64,000 nucleotides of DNA from Flavobacteriia bacterium (GTDB taxonomy: Bacteria; Bacteroidota; Bacteroidia; Flavobacteriales; Weeksellaceae), in the NCBI GenBank assembly GCA_015999765.1, contig JAECQR010000010.1:3048-67047 (forward strand), read 5' to 3'. The notes under the pieces were generated by a model. The model was not told where the DNA came from and did not search any database. It was given only the letters and a program-made list of their open reading frames with translations. The translations under genes were made by a program, and so were the position numbers. Positions within the stretch are counted from its first letter, which is position 1. Each line of letters opens with the position of its first letter. Positions 1-9,573 of the stretch are shown here, one piece after another.

Positions 1-1
1 G

Positions 2-709
2 TAAAGGAACGCCTGCGGCAGAATGAGAAAGGGGGTATTGGGTATATTCGTAATTCTTCACCGCAGTAATGGAAGCGTCAGTGTTGATAAGGGCCGAAAC
101 TTCTACATCATCAATGACAAGAATAAATTTGTCGGTAGAATTGTTCCTGAATGCAATTCTGAAGGTTTTGTTTCTGTAATCATTAAGGCTTAGGCTTCGG
201 GCCGTCCAGGCAGTGTTTTCAGCAGGAGTGCTGAATAACTGCACCGAGGAGGTAAGCTGATTGCCCATCACTCCAGGTCCGCCGGTAGGCTCTGTAGGAT
301 CCACCATAATTCTCACCTCATATCCATCCGCATATGCTGGATCATAGGCTTTGGCATTCCACTTTAAGACTACATCGGCACCGGTATCGGGTACCGTGAT
401 TTTTGGGGTCCACATCCAGTCGTCTGCCTGTCCTGCCGGTTCGTAGTACGAGGTACTGAACGCTACGGAATCAATCATGCTGGTCTGAAAATCTTCCCTT
501 CTTTCCCACGCCTCATTCACATAGCCAACCTGGCTGAAGGGAGTTTTATTATCGACGTTCCGGAGCAGCCAGCCCGGAGGAAATTTATAGGTTCCGGCTC
601 CGCCGGCAGTAGATCCGCTGATGCCGTCGAAAGTTTCTTTGAAAATAACCTGCGAATAGCTGAAAATGCCCAGCATGATCAACAGGAAAACTGATAGTCG
701 TTTTTTCAT
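2..709 (-). CDS. Secreted protein with choice-of-anchor J/cleaved-adhesin-like domain, probable T9SS cargo; 3' part runs off the window
   Basis: Translated by hand from ATG at 709: MKKRLSVFLLIMLGIFSYSQVIFKETFDG...ADDWMWTPKI...LKWNAKAYDPAYADGYEV...FRIAFRNNSTDKFILVIDDV. Signal peptide and adhesin-type motifs present; open to the window edge. Absent from the ORF track because it is truncated. Confidence 0.8.
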   Translation of the reverse strand, partial: MKKRLSVFLLIMLGIFSYSQVIFKETFDGISGSTAGGAGTYKFPPGWLLRNVDNKTPFSQVGYVNEAWERREDFQTSMIDSVAFSTSYYEPAGQADDWMWTPKITVPDTGADVVLKWNAKAYDPAYADGYEVRIMVDPTEPTGGPGVMGNQLTSSVQLFSTPAENTAWTARSLSLNDYRNKTFRIAFRNNSTDKFILVIDDVEVSALINTDASITAVKNYEYTQYPLSHSAAGVPL

Positions 710-734
710 AGTGATTGTTTAAATAAATTAGGCT

Positions 735-766
735 CAAAAGTACAGTGGTGAACGGGCCACACCAAA
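735..766 (-). promoter_or_regulatory. Bacteroidota primary-sigma promoter (-33 TTTG / -7 TAnnTTTG)
   Basis: Minus strand TTTG (766-763), 20 nt gap, TACTTTTG (742-735), 25 nt upstream of the ATG at 709. Confidence 0.65.
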
Positions 767-776
767 AACAGAGGGT

Positions 777-827
777 GGACAAATAGGGGACAAAGTGTTT
801 ATACAAATCAGTGATACTGGTAATCAG
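777..827 (-). promoter_or_regulatory. Tandem GGACAAA direct repeat plus TAATCAG, candidate regulator site (copy 1)
   Basis: GGACAAA at 777-783 and 788-794, TAATCAG at 821-827; same arrangement at 2523-2573. Confidence 0.55.
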
Positions 828-1338
828 TCATTTAGCTGGTATTTGCACCTATTAAATGAAGGCCTTTACACACCGGACTGGCTGACCACGATATTCGACA
901 GCTTCAGAAGACAGCGATGAATTTCCGGATCACTCCCACGGTACTTGCTGTTTGGATAACCCTTTATAGTACAGCCTGTGTCAATTTGAAGCCTCAACAG
1001 AAGATGTCAATCACTACCACTACTCAGGTTAAATAAAATCATTTATTCTAAAAACGAGACACCGAGATGCTAACAGCGGGAAAAACGCTGTGTTGATCAT
1101 TATCTTTTTATTGCAGAACCCGACCTGTTTAACCTCTTTCCTGAGTTATATCTTTTCCGCCTACAAAAAAACCTCCTTTAAATTGCTTTAAAAGAGGTGT
1201 TGTAGTGTTAGATTTCGTATTGATAACAAAAAACTGACCGTCATAAAGCCGCATTAAGCCGCGCTTTAGCTTGATCTTTTCGTGGTATCAATGTCTGGTA
1301 TTCCTATTTTATAAGCGGTAATAAAGAGGTTTCTTTAT

Positions 1339-2355
1339 TTACAGCTTAATCAGTTTGGTAATCTTCGGACTTTCGTTGCTGTTAATTTTTACCAGATAAT
1401 TTCCTTTTGGAAGATCAGAAACCTGATATTCATCAGCGCTTTTCAGTACTTTTACAGTTCTTCCGCCGGCATCCATTATTTCTACTGAACTGATCGCCAG
1501 TTTTCCCGGATTACTGATTCTAAAATGGTCATTCACGGGATTAGTGTACACTTTTATTCTGTTATCATACTGCATTACTGCATCGGTCCCTAAATTACCC
1601 GTGGTAAAGGTGATGACAAAGGGCATATCCAAAGAATAATCCGGTGCCGCAGTAGGATTTCCTGAGTCGATGATAGAAGTCCACATTCCATCGATGGCAT
1701 TGTATTGCTTGGCATTAAAGTCGGGTAACCCTCTTGTTCCTGCAATGGTAACCGGAGGTAAAAAGCCGGCATTAGCGGTAACAGCATTCTGTAACTGATA
1801 CTTCATCCAATAGGTTCCGGATGGTAAACTAACTGGAGTATTGGCTGTAACCTTCCATATTTTTCGGTTCGTTGAGGGAGTTGAAGCAACCGGAATTGTA
1901 CTGTGACCGGTTCTGTACATATCAGCATCCACACTCGAAAGAAACCGATTGGTGGTATCGTCTCCAAAAACACTTACTGCACCCGTCACAGAAGGATCAG
2001 AACTGAATATATTAACTCGTACGGTATTGAAAGGAGAAGCAGTTCCGGTATAATTAGTCTGGTACGCAAAAAAATCGATACGGGTAATATTCCATTGTGT
2101 ATCGGCTGGAACAGTAAAATCGTCTGCAAGAAAATAGCTTGTAGTAGCAGAACTGTACGTACCACCCAACCCCAGGCTGGTGTTAGCTTCCGCACTATTT
2201 CCTGTATTATTCTGAAGTTCAGACCAGGTATAGCCTGCAGGAGCAGCAACACCGCTTTTTGAGGTAGCTCCTGTACTCAAACCTCCGTTATCATAGGTTT
2301 GGCCCAAGGTAAATGATGCTGCTAAAACTGCAGCGCTAAGTAAAAATTTTGTCAT
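1339..2355 (-). CDS. T9SS type A sorting domain-containing secreted protein
   Basis: Signal peptide; C-terminal IKVYTNPVNDHFRI...LPKGNYLVKIN...TKLIKL typical of a T9SS CTD. Confidence 0.85.
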   Translation of the reverse strand: MTKFLLSAAVLAASFTLGQTYDNGGLSTGATSKSGVAAPAGYTWSELQNNTGNSAEANTSLGLGGTYSSATTSYFLADDFTVPADTQWNITRIDFFAYQTNYTGTASPFNTVRVNIFSSDPSVTGAVSVFGDDTTNRFLSSVDADMYRTGHSTIPVASTPSTNRKIWKVTANTPVSLPSGTYWMKYQLQNAVTANAGFLPPVTIAGTRGLPDFNAKQYNAIDGMWTSIIDSGNPTAAPDYSLDMPFVITFTTGNLGTDAVMQYDNRIKVYTNPVNDHFRISNPGKLAISSVEIMDAGGRTVKVLKSADEYQVSDLPKGNYLVKINSNESPKITKLIKL

Positions 2356-2522
2356 AGTGTAGTATTTAGGTTATTTTTCTTTTTCAGTGAGTAATGCAGG
2401 ACAGCTCCTTTGACCGTTTTCCTGCAGATGGATCCTGTTAATTCATCTGTTTAAAACAGGGTTGGGAATTAATTGGACACAAAATAAAGTAAGTTATCTC
2501 ACAGTACGCATAAGGTATGGGG

Positions 2523-2573
2523 GGACAAATGGGGGGACAAATGTGCCTGTCGGTGTAACCTTCAGATAATCAG
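2523..2573 (-). promoter_or_regulatory. Tandem GGACAAA direct repeat plus TAATCAG, candidate regulator site (copy 2)
   Basis: GGACAAA at 2523-2529 and 2535-2541, TAATCAG at 2567-2573. Confidence 0.55.
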
Positions 2574-2786
2574 GTGTTATGTTTTGGCTTTTTACTTCTC
2601 TTTATTACAGCCATGGTTGTGCACTTTCTTACAGATATCGCTTTTCACTCCCCCGAATTACAGGATTTTGTACCTTAGTCCTGCCCTTTGATTGCGAAAT
2701 TGACTTTTAAAAAGTGCGAAGATGGAGCACAGTAAAACCGCCACGTCTGCGAAGACCGGGTGTGGAAATCATTAAAAAATGCTGAG

Positions 2787-3359
2787 ATGAGAAAAATAAT
2801 TGCTGCGGTGAATACCACTGTTGAAGGAGTCCTTGACCATACCGCGGGTCTGCCCGATGAAGAACTGCATCTGCATTATACCAACCTGCTGAACAGTGCA
2901 GGCCTCATCCTCTACGGAAGAAAAACGTACGAACTCATGCAGTACTGGCAAACCCTGCTGCAGCATCCTTCCGGGATAAAGGAACAGGATGACTTTGCAA
3001 AGGCCATCGACCGTATTCCGAAAATCGTTTTCTCCCGCCATCTTAAACAGACCCATTGGGACACCGCCGAATTAGCCTCCCGGCCGCCAGAAATCCTGGT
3101 GACCAATTTAAAGCAGGAATCCGGAGGCGATATCCTCATCGGCAGTCCGGGTTTAATCATCCAACTTCTCAACCTGGAGGTCATCGACGAGCTGCAGCTC
3201 TGTATACATCCTGTAATTGCCGGGAAAGGAAGACTTTTATTTGAAGAACTGAAAGACAGAACTGTTTTTAAACTTTTGAAAACCAAACAGCTGACCAGCG
3301 GGGCGCTAATACTGTATTATAAACCCCTTTCCCGCAATCACGGAACCGCTGTCGGATAG
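2787..3359 (+). CDS. Dihydrofolate reductase family / RibD C-terminal domain protein
   Basis: MRKII...TVEG, LYGRKTYE, KIVFSR, ILIGSPGLI, IDELQLCIHPVIAGKG.LF; start moved to ATG 2787. Confidence 0.85.
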   Translation: MRKIIAAVNTTVEGVLDHTAGLPDEELHLHYTNLLNSAGLILYGRKTYELMQYWQTLLQHPSGIKEQDDFAKAIDRIPKIVFSRHLKQTHWDTAELASRPPEILVTNLKQESGGDILIGSPGLIIQLLNLEVIDELQLCIHPVIAGKGRLLFEELKDRTVFKLLKTKQLTSGALILYYKPLSRNHGTAVG

Positions 3360-3441
3360 AAGGACCCCGGAAGAACAGAGGTCAGATTAAACAGCAGGCG
3401 GTGTGCCGATCCGCATTTAAACATTTGCATTCAACTTTAAA

Positions 3442-3927
3442 ATGACAGCCATGAAATCTGAAAATTTACTGAGGATGGACAATACAGGTATTGTGGTGGA
3501 ATCGCTGGATGCTGCCATTGAGTTTTTTGTGGAACTGGGTATGAGCCTCGAAGGAAGAATGATGATTGAAGGAGAGTGGGCGGGCCGCGTAACCGGTCTG
3601 GGGAACCAGGCTGTAGAAATTGCCATGCTGGTAACCCCCGACGGGCACAGCCGGCTGGAACTTTCAAGGTTGGTCCGCCCTGCAACGGTTGCCGACCACC
3701 GTGAAGCACCCGTGAATGCTTTGGGGTATCTGCGGGTGATGTTTACCGTAGCGGATCTCGGGGCCACACTCGGGCGGCTTTACCCACTGGGCGCAAAGCT
3801 GGTAGGCGAAGTGGTGAGGTATGAGGATTCCTATAAACTCTGTTATATCCGCGGACCGGAAGGTATTTTAATCGGCCTCGCAGAACCGCTTTCAGCCATC
3901 ACTACTCCGGACTGGCCAGCATCGTAA
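3442..3927 (+). CDS. VOC (glyoxalase/bleomycin resistance) family protein
   Basis: MDNTGIVVESLDAAIEFFVELG, SRLELSR, GYLRVMFTV, LCYIRGPEGILIGLAE. Confidence 0.85.
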   Translation: MTAMKSENLLRMDNTGIVVESLDAAIEFFVELGMSLEGRMMIEGEWAGRVTGLGNQAVEIAMLVTPDGHSRLELSRLVRPATVADHREAPVNALGYLRVMFTVADLGATLGRLYPLGAKLVGEVVRYEDSYKLCYIRGPEGILIGLAEPLSAITTPDWPAS

Positions 3928-3952
3928 CTCCGGGTGGAAATTTGATGTATAT

Positions 3953-4987
3953 TTGAATGAAACTCATCCCGTAAAATCTGCTTATATGCTTACCACCACC
4001 GCCGAACTGCTGACTAAACTGCAGCCTCCCAGAAGTAACACTGCCGTTATCTCTTCCATGGTCAATGCCATTATAAAATGTGGTGGAGAAAGCGACGCCC
4101 ATGCGCTTCTGAGCCAATATCTCACCCATCCAAATGATTTCACCCATTCCTATCTGCTTCCCATCTTCAAAAAATGGGGTAACCTGTCGGTTGCGGAAGC
4201 ACTTTTCGGTGTGGCTGTTGAGGGCGACCGTCTGAAAGAGGATGCCGATCCCGAAATTCTGGAAGTGCTTGGTCATTTAAAGTACGCACCGGTCATGCCC
4301 ATTCTGGCAGACTGCCTTTTTAAAGAGAAGACCACTGATTATTATATTTCTGCCTATGCAGCATTGGGATTGCTCCATTTCGACTGCAGCGGTCTTCAGA
4401 AAGAAATCAAAGAATCCATTGAAGACTGTTATGGCAAAAACCTGTTTCCCGAGTTTGTACCGGCACTGGTCTGCAAACTCAACGACCGGCAGCAGGTTCT
4501 CGAAAATCTCTATGAACTCGGAAATACCACTGCCTCCACCGACTGCAATGCCGGAATAATTCTGGGCTTTTCGTTGTGTGCAGAGGAGGGCAGACCTTAT
4601 TTCATGAAAATTCTGTTTGACCCCGCTTGGGAAACCGGTTCTTCCGCCACAGGTACGGTGCAGTATGTTTATAAAGGCTTAAAGAATCTTGAGATTTCAT
4701 TTAAAACGGTTTATGAGTACATGATTTCAGCTTCCGACAGCGTCAATGAAAGCCTGGACGTTTTCTTTGCCTTGCTAAGAAAAAGAATCAATGACGCAGA
4801 CCTGCATCACCCGGAATCATTCGCCGACCTGTACACCCTGCTCTTTACGATAACTACCGGGAGCCAAAACAGTGCGCTCACCGATCTGGCAGAACACGCA
4901 GGCAAAGGAGGAGAGGCTGATGAATTGGAGAACCTCCTGCTTCTTAAAGTGAATGAAGAGGTACTGCTGAAAAATTTCATTCAGTAG
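3953..4987 (+). CDS. Hypothetical protein, predicted helical (HEAT-like)
   Basis: 344-aa ORF with protein-like composition; no recognised family. Confidence 0.65.
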   Translation: MNETHPVKSAYMLTTTAELLTKLQPPRSNTAVISSMVNAIIKCGGESDAHALLSQYLTHPNDFTHSYLLPIFKKWGNLSVAEALFGVAVEGDRLKEDADPEILEVLGHLKYAPVMPILADCLFKEKTTDYYISAYAALGLLHFDCSGLQKEIKESIEDCYGKNLFPEFVPALVCKLNDRQQVLENLYELGNTTASTDCNAGIILGFSLCAEEGRPYFMKILFDPAWETGSSATGTVQYVYKGLKNLEISFKTVYEYMISASDSVNESLDVFFALLRKRINDADLHHPESFADLYTLLFTITTGSQNSALTDLAEHAGKGGEADELENLLLLKVNEEVLLKNFIQ

Positions 4988-5047
4988 AGGTTTTAAACAT
5001 CGGCCTCTGCGGCAAAAAAGAATGCTGGACTTTTCCCTGTCATCTGA

Positions 5048-5920
5048 TCAGAACAGCAGTGGAGCGCCTTCAGGAATAATCATGAGCGGCATCTGAACCT
5101 TACGGGCCAGCGTTGCACTGTGGCTTCCCGTTGTGACTCTTTCGAAAAAACTTTTGCGCTCATGTCCCATCACCACCAGATCCACGTCCTTATATCTCAG
5201 TACCCCGAGACCGGTATTGACTCCAACCACTTCAATGGGCAGATAAGTGACTTTTCCGTCGATATTCTTGATAAACTCCTCTTTTTTGTGGAGATAGGCT
5301 TTTTCATCAATCAGGTCGGAAAATCCGGTGACATAGCTGACCATCAGTTCGGCATCGAAATATTTCGCAAACCTCGCGACGGACCGGGCGGTTTTTTGAT
5401 CCCGCCTGTTGAGGTCTGTAGCGAACGCAATTTTCTCCATCTTTCTGTACCGGTGATGATGGGGAACGATCAGAAGCGGATATTTGCTTTCATTAATCAT
5501 TTTAAGACTGCTGCTTCCAAACAGAAGTCTGTTCAGTTTTCCGCTACCGGTCATACCCATCACCACCAGCATCGCCTTGGTTTCTTTTGCCTTGTCATCA
5601 ATAAGGCTCACCAGATCCTTTTGTTCCGCAGACCAGGTAATAGCAGGCTTGAAAAGGCCGGGATTATCACCCTGTATAATGTTTTCTTTCGTTTCTAAAG
5701 CTTTTGCCAGTTTCTTCAATGCTTTTTCTGCATCTTTCTTTACATCAGGAAGTTCCAGTAATGTCCATGGAACTTCGCTTATTATGGGGCTTTCAACAGG
5801 ATCATGATACGCATGACACAGGTGCAGATCAGCTTTCAGCCCAATAGCTAGGTTGAGCGCGAAACGTGCAGCGTTTTTGGAGGGATTCGAGAAATCGGTA
5901 GGGACAATAACAGTTCTCAT
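5048..5920 (-). CDS. Universal stress protein (tandem UspA domains)
   Basis: MRTVIVPTDFS, VVMGMTGSG...LFGSS, IAFATD, LVVMGH; start moved to ATG 5920. Confidence 0.9.
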   Translation of the reverse strand: MRTVIVPTDFSNPSKNAARFALNLAIGLKADLHLCHAYHDPVESPIISEVPWTLLELPDVKKDAEKALKKLAKALETKENIIQGDNPGLFKPAITWSAEQKDLVSLIDDKAKETKAMLVVMGMTGSGKLNRLLFGSSSLKMINESKYPLLIVPHHHRYRKMEKIAFATDLNRRDQKTARSVARFAKYFDAELMVSYVTGFSDLIDEKAYLHKKEEFIKNIDGKVTYLPIEVVGVNTGLGVLRYKDVDLVVMGHERKSFFERVTTGSHSATLARKVQMPLMIIPEGAPLLF

Positions 5921-6237
5921 AACAGGTGTTTTTAGTAATTCAGTAACTCCCAACCTCGTGTCTTGCCGCAGATTTGAACAGCGCAGAGAAAAGAACAGAA
6001 AGACAAGAGATTGCCTTCATCATCATTTATACAGTAAAGTTACGAAAATTTATGGGGTTAACCTGCTGATAGAAACTATTTATCAGTTGATTTACAGGCG
6101 AATATCAACGGTGCTTCCGTTTCACCGTAAATATTGACAGATGATTTGTGATTAAAGTTTTTAAAAAAAATATATCATGGTATTTACATTTATCGTAATA
6201 TTGCAATATTAAAACATGATCAAAAAATTTAACCGTT

Positions 6238-6570
6238 ATGGGACTTACCAAAACAGAGCATTTTACCGATGAACAGAATGAAATGGCGGTACTGCTGAAA
6301 GCCATGGCACATCCTGCCAGGATTGCCATTATTGAATATCTGCTCACCACCAACACCTGCATCTGCAATGATATTGTGGAGGTATTGCCTCTGGCGCAAC
6401 CTACGGTTTCGCAACACCTTAGGGAACTGAAAAATGCCGGAATTATTCAGGGAAGCATCGATGGCAAAGCCATTAATTACTGCATCAATAAGGAAACGAT
6501 TCAAAAGTTCGACTCCTTCATCAACCATATTTTCCATAAAATGGATTCCCTCGAAAACAACAGATGTTAA
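6238..6570 (+). CDS. arsR: ArsR/SmtB family transcriptional repressor
   Basis: KAMAHPARIAI, TCICND, LAQPTVSQHLRELK; first gene of the ars cluster. Confidence 0.92.
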   Translation: MGLTKTEHFTDEQNEMAVLLKAMAHPARIAIIEYLLTTNTCICNDIVEVLPLAQPTVSQHLRELKNAGIIQGSIDGKAINYCINKETIQKFDSFINHIFHKMDSLENNRC

Positions 6571-6596
6571 AATAATAACCTTCAAAACCATTCATT

Positions 6597-7061
6597 ATGA
6601 GACTTTCAGAAATCAAGAACATTCTTACCAACCTGCAGGAACTGCATTTTGTATTAGAAAACGGCGAACAGGTTCCAGACCATTTCCACGTGACCGAAGT
6701 GGGGCAGATCAATAAAAAATTTATCGACTGTGGCGGTGTGATCCGCGACGAAAAAGCCATCAACTTCCAGCTTTGGTTTTCTACCGATAACGACCACCGC
6801 CTGGAAGCTGAGAAACTCAAAAAGATCATTGCCCTTTCCGAAGATAAACTCGGCCTGGAGGACGTAGAGATCGAAGTGGAATACCAGCAGTCGACCATCG
6901 GGAAATTCGGTTTGGATTTTAATGGAAAAGAGTTTGTGCTTACGACTAAAACCACGGCCTGTCTGGCTCAGGATGCGTGTGGAATTCCTCAGGAAAAACC
7001 GAGAGTAAAACTTTCAGAACTTCAATCCGCCAGCTGTGCTCCGGGCTCCGGCTGCTGCTAG
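6597..7061 (+). CDS. DUF6428 family protein with Cys-rich C-terminus
   Basis: VPDHFHVTEVG...FIDCGG...EIEVEYQ...TACLAQDACG...SCAPGSGCC; typical second gene of flavobacterial ars operons. Confidence 0.8.
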   Translation: MRLSEIKNILTNLQELHFVLENGEQVPDHFHVTEVGQINKKFIDCGGVIRDEKAINFQLWFSTDNDHRLEAEKLKKIIALSEDKLGLEDVEIEVEYQQSTIGKFGLDFNGKEFVLTTKTTACLAQDACGIPQEKPRVKLSELQSASCAPGSGCC

Positions 7062-7117
7062 GCTTTTAGATCCTTTAAACAGTATAATCTCCTGATCATC
7101 TTATAAAAAGTAAAACC

Positions 7118-7726
7118 ATGTTCAAAAACCTAAGAGAAAGCATTGAAGTCATTTCCATCATGCCCGTTTCCGACGAAAGAAAGGAAATTCTGCAGCCTCT
7201 GACTGAGTTCATTCAGAAGAAAGCGGAGGCCGATGAAAGAATCAACCTGAACTTCATCTGCACCCACAATTCCCGCAGAAGTCATCTTTCCCAGATCTGG
7301 GCTCAGGTGATGGCTGAATATTTTAACATTAGAAATGTGTATTGCTATTCCGGCGGAACTGAAGCGACAGCAATGTTTCCCAAAGTAGCGGAAACGCTTC
7401 AGAAACAGGGCTTTCATATTCAGAAACTTTCCGATAACGGGAATCCGGTGTATGCGGTAAAATATGCAGAAAATGCGCATCCCGTTATCTGCTTCTCCAA
7501 AAAGTTTGATGATGCCTTCAATCCGGGCTCCGGTTTTGCCGCGGTGATGACCTGCTCCAATGCCGACGCAGGTTGCCCGTTTATCGCGGGTGCCGAAAAG
7601 CGCGTGGCGGTAAAATTTGAAGACCCAAAATCCAGCGACGGAACTCATGAGATGGACCGCACCTATTATGAAAGAAGTCTGGAGATCGCTGCCGAAATGT
7701 ATTATGTGATGAGCCTTATCAGATAA
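7118..7726 (+). CDS. arsC: Arsenate reductase / LMW protein-tyrosine-phosphatase fold
   Basis: CX5R P-loop NFICTHNSRRS; VMTCSNADAGCPFIAGAEKR; FEDP. Confidence 0.85.
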   Translation: MFKNLRESIEVISIMPVSDERKEILQPLTEFIQKKAEADERINLNFICTHNSRRSHLSQIWAQVMAEYFNIRNVYCYSGGTEATAMFPKVAETLQKQGFHIQKLSDNGNPVYAVKYAENAHPVICFSKKFDDAFNPGSGFAAVMTCSNADAGCPFIAGAEKRVAVKFEDPKSSDGTHEMDRTYYERSLEIAAEMYYVMSLIR

Positions 7727-7761
7727 ATCACTTTAATTTTTTCAACATCAAAAAAGAAGTC

Positions 7762-9534
7762 ATGATCACAACTCCCTATCTCTTTTTTACCGGAAAAGGC
7801 GGAGTAGGCAAAACCACCATTGCCTGCGCCACCGCGATACAGCTTGCCGATGAAGGCAAACGTGTGCTGCTGGTCTGTACAGACCCCGCCTCTAACCTGG
7901 CTGAAGTCCTGGAAAGCGAAGTAAGCGAACATATCAATCCCGTAAAGGGCATCAATAATCTTTTTGCGGTGAATATTGATCCCGAGGTGGCTGCAGAAGA
8001 TTACCGCACGCGGGTTACCGGCCCGCTTCAGGGTTCGCTTACAGAAGAGGAAATCAGTACGATCCGGGAGCAGCTCTCAGGAGCGTGTACTACAGAAATT
8101 TCGGCTTTCGATGAGTTTTCGCGCTTTATTTCCGGTGAATATGAGGGCGAGCGTTATGATGTGATTATTTTTGATACTGCGCCAACTGGACATACGCTGA
8201 GACTTCTTGAACTTCCGGCGGCATGGTCTTCCTTCACTGCAGAAAATCCTGACGGAGCGTCGTGTCTGGGTCCTTCATCGGCGCTAAAAAGCAGCCGTGA
8301 GCGTTACCAGACGGTTGTTGAAAGGCTCAGGGACGCTACACAAACCACGTTCAACATCGTAGCAAGGCCAGAGCAAGCTTCCCTTAGTGAAGCGTCGCGT
8401 ACCAGCAATGAACTTCGGGAACTTGGGATGATGAATCAGGAACTATATCTGAACGGCATCTTTTCTGCAGTAGACCGCAACGATTCCGTAGCCCTGAAAA
8501 TGGAAAACCTTGCAAAAGAACAGTTGGATCATCTCCCCGGTAATCTGGCGGGGTTACCTCAGCATGTTTATCCTCTGCTTCCGTATAATATCCTGGGACC
8601 GGACAAACTCCGGTCGATTTTCCGGACGGAACTTCGGACTCAATACGCAACTTGCGATGTGCAGATCGCTGCGAATCTGAATCTTAATGGTTTGGACTCG
8701 TTGGTTGATGAACTCAGTGCCAGTCAGGATAACGGTCTGATTATGACGATGGGAAAAGGCGGTGTCGGAAAAACACTTACGGCTACCGCTATTGCTTTGC
8801 TTCTTGCAGAAAAGGGCTTTCCCGTACATCTCACCACTACTGATCCGGCCGCTCATATCCGGGATTTCCTGAGCCAGTTGCCTGAACTTCCTGAAAACCT
8901 TACCGTAGACCGCATCAACCCTAAAGAGGAAACACAGCGCTACACCGACAGGATCGTGCAGCAAAAAGGAAAAGACCTTGATCAGGAAGGAATTAAACTC
9001 CTGCTGGAAGACCTTAAGTCACCCTGTACTGAAGAAGTCGCCGTGTTCCATGCGTTCTCAAAGGCGATTAACGAAAGCCGCCGCAAGTTCGTCGTAATGG
9101 ATACTGCGCCAACAGGGCATACGCTTTTGCTTTTGGACACTGCAGGAAGCTATCACCGCGATATTATGCGCAATATGAGCAACACCCACGGTAAGATCCG
9201 AACTCCGTATATGACCTTACAGGACAGCAGTAAAGCAAAGATCTTACTCGTCTCTCTTCCGGAAACCACGCCGATGCAGGAGGCTACAGCACTTCAGGAA
9301 GACCTGAAAAGGGCGGGTATAAAGCCATATGCCTGGATTGTGAACCAAAGTCTCTCCATGATCAACGGGCTCACCGATCCGTTACTCAAAAGCCGCGCAG
9401 ATGCTGAAAAGGAAATCATTAAAAAAATTAAAGAGCATCTTTCCGAAAAGACCTTCGGAATTCCTTATCTCCCAGTTAAAAACCTGCTTCCTGAATTACT
9501 GAACAGTTTGCAGCATACTGCGGCGTCAGAATAA
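7762..9534 (+). CDS. arsA: Arsenical pump-driving ATPase
   Basis: Two GKGGVGKT Walker A motifs, two DTAPTGH signatures, Cys in GACTTE, SCLGP and SPCTEE. Confidence 0.95.
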   Translation: MITTPYLFFTGKGGVGKTTIACATAIQLADEGKRVLLVCTDPASNLAEVLESEVSEHINPVKGINNLFAVNIDPEVAAEDYRTRVTGPLQGSLTEEEISTIREQLSGACTTEISAFDEFSRFISGEYEGERYDVIIFDTAPTGHTLRLLELPAAWSSFTAENPDGASCLGPSSALKSSRERYQTVVERLRDATQTTFNIVARPEQASLSEASRTSNELRELGMMNQELYLNGIFSAVDRNDSVALKMENLAKEQLDHLPGNLAGLPQHVYPLLPYNILGPDKLRSIFRTELRTQYATCDVQIAANLNLNGLDSLVDELSASQDNGLIMTMGKGGVGKTLTATAIALLLAEKGFPVHLTTTDPAAHIRDFLSQLPELPENLTVDRINPKEETQRYTDRIVQQKGKDLDQEGIKLLLEDLKSPCTEEVAVFHAFSKAINESRRKFVVMDTAPTGHTLLLLDTAGSYHRDIMRNMSNTHGKIRTPYMTLQDSSKAKILLVSLPETTPMQEATALQEDLKRAGIKPYAWIVNQSLSMINGLTDPLLKSRADAEKEIIKKIKEHLSEKTFGIPYLPVKNLLPELLNSLQHTAASE

Positions 9535-9573
9535 TCAGTTGATAACTCCTTTTGAATTGAAATAAAATTAAAT

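Noticed and set aside
2519-2536. G-quadruplex at the G6 runs
   Set aside because: Only two long G tracts; better explained as part of the GGACAAA tandem motif.
5120-5698. Long antisense or alternate-frame ORFs (e.g. 5120-5698, 17532-18119, 19359-20123, 35320-35799, 60542-61003)
   Set aside because: They overlap genes with clear family motifs and have no motifs of their own; shadow ORFs.
7727-7761. Hidden arsD between arsC and arsA
   Set aside because: Only 35 nt are available, and no ArsD-like ORF occurs elsewhere in the window.
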